This document shows, piece by piece, positions 16,519 through 24,472 of a stretch of DNA of 24,472 nucleotides. The notes under the pieces are model-generated. The model made no database searches, was not told where the DNA came from, and saw only the letters and a list, made by a program, of their open reading frames with translations. A program made the position numbers and the translations under genes. How positions within the stretch are numbered: the stretch's first letter is position 1; each line of letters begins with the position of its first letter. The stretch is from Gemmatimonadales bacterium (GTDB taxonomy: Bacteria > Gemmatimonadota > Gemmatimonadetes > Gemmatimonadales > GWC2-71-9): positions 1-24,472 of the forward strand of contig JBFGJG010000057.1 of assembly GCA_041577295.1 (NCBI GenBank). Direction: 5' to 3'.

Positions 16519-19209
16519 ATGCCCGCGACCACGCTCGCCCCACGGTTTGATCCATCGGCGATCGAGACCAGCCTCTACGAACGCTGGCTGAAAGCCGGCG
16601 TCTTCACCGCGGACGCCCGGGACGGGGATGCGCCGTACGTCATCGTCATCCCTCCACCCAACGTTACCGCGGTGCTCCACATGGGGCACGGCCTGAACAA
16701 TACGATTCAAGACGTACTCATTCGGTTCGAACGGATGCGTGGACGGGAAGCCCTGTGGCTCCCGGGAACCGATCATGCCGGCATCGCGACGCAGAACGTC
16801 GTCGAGCGACTCATCGCAAGCGAAGAGGGCACGCAACGTCGGGATCTCGGACGCGAGCGATTCGTCGACCGGGTCTGGACCTACGTGCGCGAGACCGGCA
16901 ACACCATTCTGGAGCAGCTCAAGGCCATCGGATGTTCCTGCGACTGGTCGCGAACCCGCTTCACGCTGTCCGAGGAGTACTCGCGCGCGGTGCTCACGGT
17001 GTTCGTCGACCTCTTTCATCAAGGACTGATCTACCGTGGCCACCGGGTCATTCACTGGTGTCCCCGATGTCTCACCGCGTTATCAGATGAGGAAGCGGAG
17101 TTTCGGGACCGCGATGATCACCTGTACTACATCCGGTATCCCTTGGTGGACGCTGGGGATGCGGAGGAATCGGTTGTCGTCGCAACCACCCGGCCCGAGA
17201 CGATGTTTGGCGACGTCGCCTTGGTTTTCCATCCGGACGACGATCGCTACCAGCATCTCCTTGGACGCTCGGTGCGGATTCCCCTCACGGATGTGCTCAT
17301 TCCAATTGCCGTGAGCCCGCGGGTCGAGCGCGAGTTTGGCACAGCGATGTTGAAGGTGACCCCCGCGCACGACGCCAACGACTTCGAGATCGCCAATGAG
17401 CTCGAGGGGGAGTACGAGACGCCGGTCATCATCGATGCCGAAGGGAAGATGGTGCCCGATCCCGCTCGCGTTCCCAGCGTGATCCACGGGTTGGAACGCT
17501 ACGCGGCGCGCAAGCGAATCGTCGAGATGCTCGAGTCGGAACACCTGCTGGACAAAACCGAGCCATACCGACACGCGGTACGACACTGCTATCGCTGCGA
17601 CACGGTGGTCGAGCCGCGGTTGTCCGATCAGTGGTTCGTTCGCATGAAACCGTTGGCCGAACCGGCGCTCGAGGCGTATCAGCGAGGACGACTGACGTTC
17701 GTGCCGGAGCGTTGGGGCGGGGTGTACGAGAACTGGTTAACCGAGATCCGCGATTGGAACATCTCGCGGCAGCTGTGGTGGGGGCACCGAATCCCCGCAT
17801 GGTACTGCGAGAACGAGGGGTGCGGACACATCACGGTCGCGCTGGACACGCCAACAGCCTGCGAGCGATGTGACGGTTCCCTCCGGCAGGATGAAGATGT
17901 GTTGGACACATGGTTCTCATCCTGGCTGTGGCCGTTCGCCACCATGGGATGGCCGGCACAGACGGAAGACCTGGCGAGGTTCTACCCCGGGCACACCCTA
18001 GCCACCGCCGCGGAAATCATCTTCTTCTGGGTCGCGCGCATGGTGATGGCCGGCTTCCACTTCATGGGGAAGCAGCCATTTGACACCGTGTACATCCACG
18101 GCACCGTGCGCGATACGCTGCACCGCAAGATGTCCAAGTCGCTGGGAAACGGCATCGACCCAATCGAGGTGGTGCATCGGTATGGGGCAGACGCCTTACG
18201 GTTCACCGTGATCGCTGGTGCCCCGGTTGGTACGGACGTGATCCTCGATCCCAACGACCTGGAGACCACGTTCTCACCCGGGCGCAACTTCGCAAACAAG
18301 CTGTGGAACGTCGGGCGCTTCATCCTGAGCAACCTCGACGGTCCAATCGTACCCGCGGATCGATGGGATCCCACACAGTTTGAACTCGCCGATCGCTGGA
18401 TCTTGTCGCGCGCCCAGCGTGCCATCGCTGACACCACGGAGGCGCTGGAGCGATTCCGGCTGAACGATGCCGCGAACATCGCCTACCACTTCGTGTGGGA
18501 CGACCTGGCCGACTGGTACGTCGAGCAGGTGAAGCCACGGCTGTACGGGACCGCTGCCGGTGGTGAGGTGGCTCGCGCGGTGTTGAGCAACGTCTTCGAG
18601 ACTGCGCTCCGCTTGCTACACCCCATCATGCCCTTCATCACGGAGGAGCTGTGGCAACACCTGCCGGGCGCGCGCGAAGCAATGTTGGTGACGGCGCAGT
18701 GGCCTTCACCGCGGGCCGACCTCACCGATGAGGAGGCCGAGGATCGCTTTGCCCGCGTACAGGCCCTCGTGTCGGCGGTGCGGTCAGTGCGCGCCGATTA
18801 CAGCGTACCACCGGCCACCGCTGTACCGGCGGTCGTCCAGCCGTCCAGCCGAGAGGCGTTGGAGGCTTTTCACGCGGAACAACGTACCATCGAGCGACTT
18901 GCCAAGCTCACGAAACTGACGACCGACGGCGGTGGGGACGGGGTGGGAGCGCACCACGTACTCCCAGATGGCTCTGCCGTCTTCGTACCCTTAGGCGATG
19001 CGATCGACGTCACCAAGGAATGCGACCGCCTGCAGGGTGACATGGAGCGGATCGGCGATCAACTCGCGGCCGTCCAGAAGAAGCTGGCGAACCAGCAGTT
19101 CATCGCCAAAGCACCGAGCGACGTGGTCGAGCGCGAACGAGACAAGGAGCGGTCGTGGCGCGAGCAGCGCGAGATTCTCTCCAGCAAGCTGCGCGCGCTG
19201 GGTTGTTAG
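16519..19209 (+). CDS. valS: Valine--tRNA ligase
   Basis: Motifs PPPNVT..LHMGH, PGTDHAGIATQ, ATTRPET, DWNISRQLWWGH, DVLDTWFSS and KMSKSLGN, with a C-terminal coiled coil. ATG 16519 preferred over TTG 16492. Confidence 0.99.
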   Translation: MPATTLAPRFDPSAIETSLYERWLKAGVFTADARDGDAPYVIVIPPPNVTAVLHMGHGLNNTIQDVLIRFERMRGREALWLPGTDHAGIATQNVVERLIASEEGTQRRDLGRERFVDRVWTYVRETGNTILEQLKAIGCSCDWSRTRFTLSEEYSRAVLTVFVDLFHQGLIYRGHRVIHWCPRCLTALSDEEAEFRDRDDHLYYIRYPLVDAGDAEESVVVATTRPETMFGDVALVFHPDDDRYQHLLGRSVRIPLTDVLIPIAVSPRVEREFGTAMLKVTPAHDANDFEIANELEGEYETPVIIDAEGKMVPDPARVPSVIHGLERYAARKRIVEMLESEHLLDKTEPYRHAVRHCYRCDTVVEPRLSDQWFVRMKPLAEPALEAYQRGRLTFVPERWGGVYENWLTEIRDWNISRQLWWGHRIPAWYCENEGCGHITVALDTPTACERCDGSLRQDEDVLDTWFSSWLWPFATMGWPAQTEDLARFYPGHTLATAAEIIFFWVARMVMAGFHFMGKQPFDTVYIHGTVRDTLHRKMSKSLGNGIDPIEVVHRYGADALRFTVIAGAPVGTDVILDPNDLETTFSPGRNFANKLWNVGRFILSNLDGPIVPADRWDPTQFELADRWILSRAQRAIADTTEALERFRLNDAANIAYHFVWDDLADWYVEQVKPRLYGTAAGGEVARAVLSNVFETALRLLHPIMPFITEELWQHLPGAREAMLVTAQWPSPRADLTDEEAEDRFARVQALVSAVRSVRADYSVPPATAVPAVVQPSSREALEAFHAEQRTIERLAKLTKLTTDGGGDGVGAHHVLPDGSAVFVPLGDAIDVTKECDRLQGDMERIGDQLAAVQKKLANQQFIAKAPSDVVERERDKERSWREQREILSSKLRALGC

Positions 19210-20384
19210 CGGCGCTGGCCACGGCCTGCGCCACCGTTCAGGATCCCCCCGGGGGGCCGCCCGATTTCGAGCCTCCGACTCTGACAAGCGTGCGTCCCGA
19301 CTCGGGGGCGGTGCTCGATCGGTTCGATGGTAGGGTCGAGTATCAGTTCAGCGAGGTCATTACCGAGCCGACCGGACAGGCAGCCGCCCGTCTCTTCGTC
19401 GTGTCCCCCCGTCCCCGCGAGCTCGACGTCGATTGGAGCCGCACCAAGCTCGCGGTGAAACCGAAGGACGGTTGGCGCCAAGGCGCCGTGTACCGACTCA
19501 CCTTGCTCCCACAAGTCACCGACCTCCGGAATAACCGGCTCGAGTCCAGTCGCGTGATCGTCTTTGCGATCGGGGCTCCCATTCCGGACACGCGCATCAC
19601 GGGGACCGTGGTCGACTGGGAGGCCGGGCGGACGGTCCGGCAAGCCCTCGTCGAGGCCGTCGCACTGCCGGACTCGCTGGTGTATTTCACCCTTGCGGAC
19701 TCGACTGGCACGTTCTTGTTGGAGGCCGTCCCACCAGGACGGTACACGCTTTATGGCTCGGCGGATGCCAACAACAACCGCATCCGAGACCGTGGCGAGC
19801 TGTTCGACTCCACGACCGTAGTGCTGGACACCGCACTGTCACAGACCTTCTGGGCCTTCCGCCAGGACACCACGGGACCGCAGATCCAAAATACGGAACG
19901 GCTCGATACCCTCACGATTCGCGTGGTTTTCACACAGCCACTCGCACCGGCCCCGGTGGATCCGGCCGTGCTGAGCGTGTTTGCGCTTCCAGACACTACA
20001 CCGGTGGCCGTCGATACCATTCTGCGTCCTGCGGAGTACGACTCGTTGCGAGCTGCAGAGCGAGCGCGGGCACGCGCCGCGGCGGATTCCGCGCGACTCG
20101 CGGCGGACACCACCGCGCAAGACACGTTGCCACGGCCGGCCGTCCCACCGGCCCCCGTGCCGGCCCCGGATACCGTGCCGCAGCCAGTGGATAGTGCGCA
20201 GATCGCCATCAACGAGCTACTCGGTGAACGTCCCCCCCTCATCTCCCAGCTGGTGATCCGGTTAGCGAGCCCCATGACACCTGGCGCGCGATTTTTGATC
20301 ACGTCGCGCGCCACCAACCCATTGGGTATCGTCGCGGAGTCCCGGTCTGTTGTCATCGTGCCATCGGGAGGCGACCGGCAATGA
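19155..20384 (+). CDS. Ig-like domain lipoprotein
   Basis: AAGGAG 5 nt before GTG 19155. Lipobox LATA-C followed by CA....P.GGPPD..PP, FSE, 'TDLRNN' and D.NNN..RD, with a Pro/Ala-rich linker. Confidence 0.8.
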   Translation: MARAARDSLQQAARAGLLAALATACATVQDPPGGPPDFEPPTLTSVRPDSGAVLDRFDGRVEYQFSEVITEPTGQAAARLFVVSPRPRELDVDWSRTKLAVKPKDGWRQGAVYRLTLLPQVTDLRNNRLESSRVIVFAIGAPIPDTRITGTVVDWEAGRTVRQALVEAVALPDSLVYFTLADSTGTFLLEAVPPGRYTLYGSADANNNRIRDRGELFDSTTVVLDTALSQTFWAFRQDTTGPQIQNTERLDTLTIRVVFTQPLAPAPVDPAVLSVFALPDTTPVAVDTILRPAEYDSLRAAERARARAAADSARLAADTTAQDTLPRPAVPPAPVPAPDTVPQPVDSAQIAINELLGERPPLISQLVIRLASPMTPGARFLITSRATNPLGIVAESRSVVIVPSGGDRQ

Positions 20385-21727
20385 GCGATCGGCGCCGGGC
20401 ACTTCCCGCCGTCAACACGCTGCTGGGCGAAGCAAAGCGAGCGGGCCTTACTGATCGAGCATCACGCGGCGTGGTGCTTGCGGCCATTCGATCCGTCCTT
20501 CAGGATGCCCGCCGTGCGGGCGGGGAGGCGCCGGCGGAGGGTTGGCTCCCCCGTGTCGAGCAGCGTGTTGAGGACGAGTCGCGGCACACGCTCGTGCGCG
20601 TGGTCAATGCGACAGGCGTCGTACTCCACACCAACCTCGGTCGCGCGCCGCTGGCCCAGAGCGCACGGCGCGCGATGCAGGAGATCTCGCGGTACAGCAC
20701 TCTCGAGTTCGACGCCGAGACCGGCGAGCGCGGATCGCGTCAAGATCACACGCGGAGGCTGCTGCGAGAACTCACTGGCGCTGAGGATGCCATCGCGGTG
20801 AACAACGCGGCCTCTGCACTATTGCTGTTGCTCAGTGCCACGGCGGCCGGTGGCGAAACCGTGGTGTCGCGTGGAGAGCTCGTGGAGATTGGCGGCTCGT
20901 TTCGCATTCCCGACATCCTCGCGCAAAGTGGCAGCGTGCTGATCGAGGTGGGCACCACGAACCGGACTCGGGTACGCGATTACGCGTTAGCGGTGAGCCC
21001 ACGCACCCGGCTGTTTCTCAAGATTCATCGATCGAACTTCGTGCTTTCAGGATTCGTGTCCGAAGCTGGCGTCGAGGAGCTCGTGGCGTTGGGGAAGGCA
21101 CGGAACATCCCGGTCGCGCACGACGTCGGCAGCGGATTGCTCCTGCCACTCGATGCATTTGGTTTGCGGGGAGAGCCACTAGTGCAGGAAAGCGTCCGCG
21201 CCCAGGCCGTGACGATCTTCTCCGGAGACAAACTCCTGGGTGGGCCCCAGGCCGGTATCATTGTGGGACCTGGGGCAACCATTCGGCTCATCGCGACCCA
21301 TCCACTCGCCAGAGCGCTACGACCCGACAAAACGACTCTCGCGGCCCTCGAGGCGACTCTGATGCTGTACCGCGATCCCGACCACGCCATTCGGGAGATC
21401 CCCACCTTGGCGATGCTCACCGCATCAGCAAAGGATTTGAAGCGGCGCGCACGACGGCTCGCACGTCAGTTGCCCGGAGCGCACACCGAGGAGGGTGTTT
21501 CTAGCGTCGGTGGCGGATCCTTCCCCGATGCCGAACTCTCGACCACGCTGGTCGCGCTCGAGCCACCCTCGTGTGAGGCGTTCCTCGCCGCCCTTCGTGC
21601 ACATCACACGCCGGTCATCGCCCGAGCCCACGAGGGCAAGGTAGTGTTCGACGTTCGGACGATCGCCGATGACGAATTCACGGTGGTCGCCAAGGCGGTT
21701 CGAAGCCTCCAGGAGGGGATGGATTGA
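20381..21727 (+). CDS. selA: L-seryl-tRNA(Sec) selenium transferase
   Basis: Motifs NATGVVLHTNLGRAPL, VNNAA, SRGELVEIGGSFRIP, EVGTTNRT, H.SNF and FSGDKLLGGPQAG (PLP lysine). ATGA overlap with the upstream gene. Confidence 0.96.
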   Translation: MSDRRRALPAVNTLLGEAKRAGLTDRASRGVVLAAIRSVLQDARRAGGEAPAEGWLPRVEQRVEDESRHTLVRVVNATGVVLHTNLGRAPLAQSARRAMQEISRYSTLEFDAETGERGSRQDHTRRLLRELTGAEDAIAVNNAASALLLLLSATAAGGETVVSRGELVEIGGSFRIPDILAQSGSVLIEVGTTNRTRVRDYALAVSPRTRLFLKIHRSNFVLSGFVSEAGVEELVALGKARNIPVAHDVGSGLLLPLDAFGLRGEPLVQESVRAQAVTIFSGDKLLGGPQAGIIVGPGATIRLIATHPLARALRPDKTTLAALEATLMLYRDPDHAIREIPTLAMLTASAKDLKRRARRLARQLPGAHTEEGVSSVGGGSFPDAELSTTLVALEPPSCEAFLAALRAHHTPVIARAHEGKVVFDVRTIADDEFTVVAKAVRSLQEGMD

Positions 21728-21914
21728 ACGACAAAATGGGTGGGGGGAAACCCCGGCGGGTGTTGTGCGAACTCCGCTCCCTGATCAGATTCCGCGATGA
21801 CTGATGGGCTGCCGCCTGCGCCGTCCCACTTCCTTCACGACAATCGTTGAGTCCGATGCGTGATCTGGTCGTTCGCGCATGATCCATGGTCGCCGTGATC
21901 GCCAGTTGTCACCG

Positions 21915-22574
21915 ATGCGCGTCGCGGTGTTGGCATCCGGATCGGGAACCAATCTTCAGGTGCTGTTGGATCGGTGTCGCGGCGAAGAGCCCGCTCGGGT
22001 GACGTTGGTCCTCAGTAACAATCCAGCAGCTGGTGCGCTGGAGCGTGCGCGCCGCGCCAAGGTTCCTACGGCGGTGCTCGACGACCCCGCGGACGCGGAC
22101 GCCATGAACGCCGTGCTACGCGATCACGAAACGCAGTTCGTCGTCCTCGCGGGCTACATGAAGCTCGTCCCGGCCGGTGTGGTGGAAGTTTTTGGGGACG
22201 TCATGATCAATCTTCACCCCGCACTGCTGCCAGCATTTGGTGGCAAGGGGATGTATGGGCCCCATGTCCATCGTGCCGTGCTCGCTTCCGGTGCCACTGT
22301 CACAGGTGTAACGGTTCATCGGGTGACACACGAATACGATCGCGGCCCGATCATCGCGCAGTGGCCGATACCCGTTGCGCACGAGGACACTGCCGAGTCC
22401 TTGGCGGCGAAGGTGCGGGTCGTTGAGCATCAGATTCTGCCGGCCGTTGTGCTCGCGTGCGCCCGTGCTGGCCGGGTAGTACGGCTCACGCCACGGGAGC
22501 ATGCGTTCGCTATCGCACAGCGCTCGGAAGACCTGTCCCAAATGCTAGAAACAGAGAAAGGTGGTGAGCGGTGA
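21915..22574 (+). CDS. purN: Phosphoribosylglycinamide formyltransferase
   Basis: MRVAVLASGSGTNLQ (start trimmed to ATG 21915), LAGYM, NLHPALLP.F.G, G.TVH.V...YD.GPII.Q and EH. Confidence 0.97.
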   Translation: MRVAVLASGSGTNLQVLLDRCRGEEPARVTLVLSNNPAAGALERARRAKVPTAVLDDPADADAMNAVLRDHETQFVVLAGYMKLVPAGVVEVFGDVMINLHPALLPAFGGKGMYGPHVHRAVLASGATVTGVTVHRVTHEYDRGPIIAQWPIPVAHEDTAESLAAKVRVVEHQILPAVVLACARAGRVVRLTPREHAFAIAQRSEDLSQMLETEKGGER

Positions 22575-22625
22575 GAAGGCCGCGTTGCCCCGCCACTTTG
22601 GATATTTGACTCCTGACTCCTAACT
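22563..22625. repeat. Short heptamer duplications in the purN-purH spacer
   Basis: GGTGAGC GGTGAGA spans the purN stop. TGACTCC TGACTCC TAACT (22607-22625) lies just before the purH start. Confidence 0.5.
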
Positions 22626-22635
22626 GGGTTAGCGA

Positions 22636-24165
22636 ATGCCTCGAGCGTTGATTTCGGTTTCTGACAAGCGTGGAATTGTCGAGTTTGGTGAGGGGCTCGT
22701 GGATGTTGGCTGGGAGATCGTCTCGACGGGCGGTACCGCCGAGGTGTTGGAGCAGGAGGGCATTCCCGTCGTCCGGATCGAGGACGTCACGGGTTTCCCC
22801 GAAATGATGAACGGCCGTGTGAAGACGCTACACCCCGCGATTCACGCTGCCCTCCTCGCGCGTCGAGATGAGCCTGGGCACATGGAGGCACTCGCCGAGC
22901 ATGGGTTCACCCCGATCGACATGGTAGCGGTAAACCTCTACCCGTTTCGGGAAACGGTTCTCAAGCCCAAGACCACGTTGGCAGACGCGTTAGAGCAGAT
23001 CGACATTGGTGGACCCACGATGCTGCGATCGGCGGCCAAGAATCATAGCGCCGTTCTCGCCGTGGTCGACCCGACTGACTATCGCCGCGTGCTCGCAGCC
23101 CTCAAGGCCGGCTCCGTGTCTCAGGATTTCCGCCGAGAGTTGGCGACAAAAGTGTTCAACCATACTGCCGCGTACGATTCGGCGATCGCGCAATACCTGA
23201 CTCAGAGCGATGACACCTTGCCCTCGGTGATGACCCTGGTGCTGCAACGCGTGCAGTCGCTCCGGTACGGCGAAAACCCCTATCAGCGCGCGGCACTCTA
23301 CTCCACTCGGGAAGGTCGCGGGATCGATGCGATGATCCAACTCAACGGCAAAGACCTTTCCTTCAACAACCTGCTGGATATCGACGGCGCGACCGCGGCC
23401 ATCACCCCATGGCCCGACCGACCCGCATGCGCCATCATCAAGCACACCACGCCGTGCGGGATCGCGCTCGGCATGACGCCGATGGAGGCCTATCAGAAAG
23501 CGCTGAGCACCGATCCGGTCTCGGCCTTTGGGTCCGTCGTGGCATTCAACACGGTGGTGGACGTCGAGACGGCCGAGACGATGAGCGAGCTGTTTGTTGA
23601 GGTCGTCGTGGCGCCACGGTTCCACGATGACGCGCTCGAAGTGTTTCGCCGGAAAAAGAATCTCCGCGTGATCGAGCTCCCGCTGGCGGATGGCCGTCAG
23701 GCGTTCGATTACAAGCGTGTGCGCGGTGGCATCCTCGTGCAAGACCGATTCAAGTTCTCAGCGGACGAACCCTACTGGCAGGTGGTCACCAGCCGCGAGC
23801 CCACCGAGGCGCAGCGCCGGGATCTCCGGTTTGCCTGGGGCGCCGTAGCGAGTGTGAAGTCCAACGCGATTGTGCTGGCAGCGGACGAGCGAGCCGTTGG
23901 GATCGGCGCTGGCCAAATGAGCAGGGTGGACGCGGTATTTCTGGCGGTGCACAAGGCTCGCGAGGCGAACAACCCGCTCCAAGGGTGTGTGCTCGCATCG
24001 GATGCGTTCTTTCCCTTCCCCGACGGCGTCGAGCAGGGGGCGGAGGCAGGGATAAGCGCCATCATCCAACCGGGTGGAGCCAAACGCGATGACGAGGTCG
24101 TGGCGGCGGCAAATCGGTTGGGAATCGCTATGGTGTTCACGAATCGTCGTCAATTCCGTCATTGA
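22636..24165 (+). CDS. purH: Bifunctional AICAR transformylase/IMP cyclohydrolase
   Basis: Motifs RALISVSDK, STGGT, GRVKTLHP, VNLYPF, IDIGGP, LRYGENP.Q, KH..PCG, VKSNAI, GQMSRVD and SDAFFPF, ending in RQFRH. Confidence 0.99.
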   Translation: MPRALISVSDKRGIVEFGEGLVDVGWEIVSTGGTAEVLEQEGIPVVRIEDVTGFPEMMNGRVKTLHPAIHAALLARRDEPGHMEALAEHGFTPIDMVAVNLYPFRETVLKPKTTLADALEQIDIGGPTMLRSAAKNHSAVLAVVDPTDYRRVLAALKAGSVSQDFRRELATKVFNHTAAYDSAIAQYLTQSDDTLPSVMTLVLQRVQSLRYGENPYQRAALYSTREGRGIDAMIQLNGKDLSFNNLLDIDGATAAITPWPDRPACAIIKHTTPCGIALGMTPMEAYQKALSTDPVSAFGSVVAFNTVVDVETAETMSELFVEVVVAPRFHDDALEVFRRKKNLRVIELPLADGRQAFDYKRVRGGILVQDRFKFSADEPYWQVVTSREPTEAQRRDLRFAWGAVASVKSNAIVLAADERAVGIGAGQMSRVDAVFLAVHKAREANNPLQGCVLASDAFFPFPDGVEQGAEAGISAIIQPGGAKRDDEVVAAANRLGIAMVFTNRRQFRH

Positions 24166-24216
24166 TCGCGTGGGAATCTGCCTAGATCGGAGGTGACAAC
24201 GCACGACGGGTCGCCC

Positions 24217-24472
24217 ATGTCCGACGCACCGGCCATCCCGACCCACAAGCCTCCGTACGGAACGGCCCTGGCCGTCAGCCTCGCCGTTCTGGCGATCTAC
24301 GTCATAACGCTCGCCCCGACCACACAGTTTTGGGATGCTTCCGAGTACATCGCGGCCGCGAAGGTCTTGGGGATTCCACATCCACCCGGAAATCCCCTGT
24401 TCGTACTGCTGGCACACGTGTGGGGCCTGGTCCCCTGGGCATCGGGGTACGCCTTACGCATCAACCTGTTTG
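24217..24472 (+). CDS. DUF2723 domain membrane protein (TMEM260-like glycosyltransferase fold), 3'-truncated by the window end
   Basis: MSDAPAIPTHKPPY...YVITLAPTTQFWDASEYIAAAKVLGIPHPPGNPLFVLL...RINLF matches the 'TLAP...WD..E......LG.PHPPG.P' signature. Not in the ORF track. Confidence 0.85.
   Translation, partial: MSDAPAIPTHKPPYGTALAVSLAVLAIYVITLAPTTQFWDASEYIAAAKVLGIPHPPGNPLFVLLAHVWGLVPWASGYALRINLF

Noticed and set aside
21728..21914. ZMP/ZTP (pfl) or purine riboswitch before purN/purH
   Set aside because: The GACUGGCG...CGCCUGGGC pseudoknot signature and the purine-aptamer core were not found on the sense strand.

Overview
GC-rich bacterial chromosomal window made mostly of housekeeping genes. 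The gene content and order resemble Gemmatimonadota, which is an inference and was not verified. Left arm (minus strand, read right to left): a small membrane ORF, thrS, a thiolase-bioY-CPBP protease-3-hydroxybutyryl-CoA dehydrogenase-acyl-CoA dehydrogenase-Leu/Phe/Val dehydrogenase cluster, glyA, a Minf_1886-family gene, a small Zn-ribbon gene, bifunctional nnr (YjeF), thiL, a plsC-like acyltransferase, eno, an ftsB/DivIC-like gene and tRNA-Met(CAT). Right arm (plus strand): a BON protein, valS, an Ig-like lipoprotein, selA, purN, purH and the start of a DUF2723 membrane protein. Three things stand out. (1) At 1-591 one TPR gene is split across both strands: its middle is on the minus strand and its C-terminus on the plus strand, joined at a short palindrome-flanked junction. 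This is either an intragenic inversion or a chimeric assembly. (2) CAGAGTG heptamer arrays start directly at three gene 3' ends, always in the same sense orientation, and other short-period repeats fill further spacers. (3) An unannotated 52-codon membrane ORF is coupled to thrS. No transposase, integrase, CRISPR array or defence system was seen.
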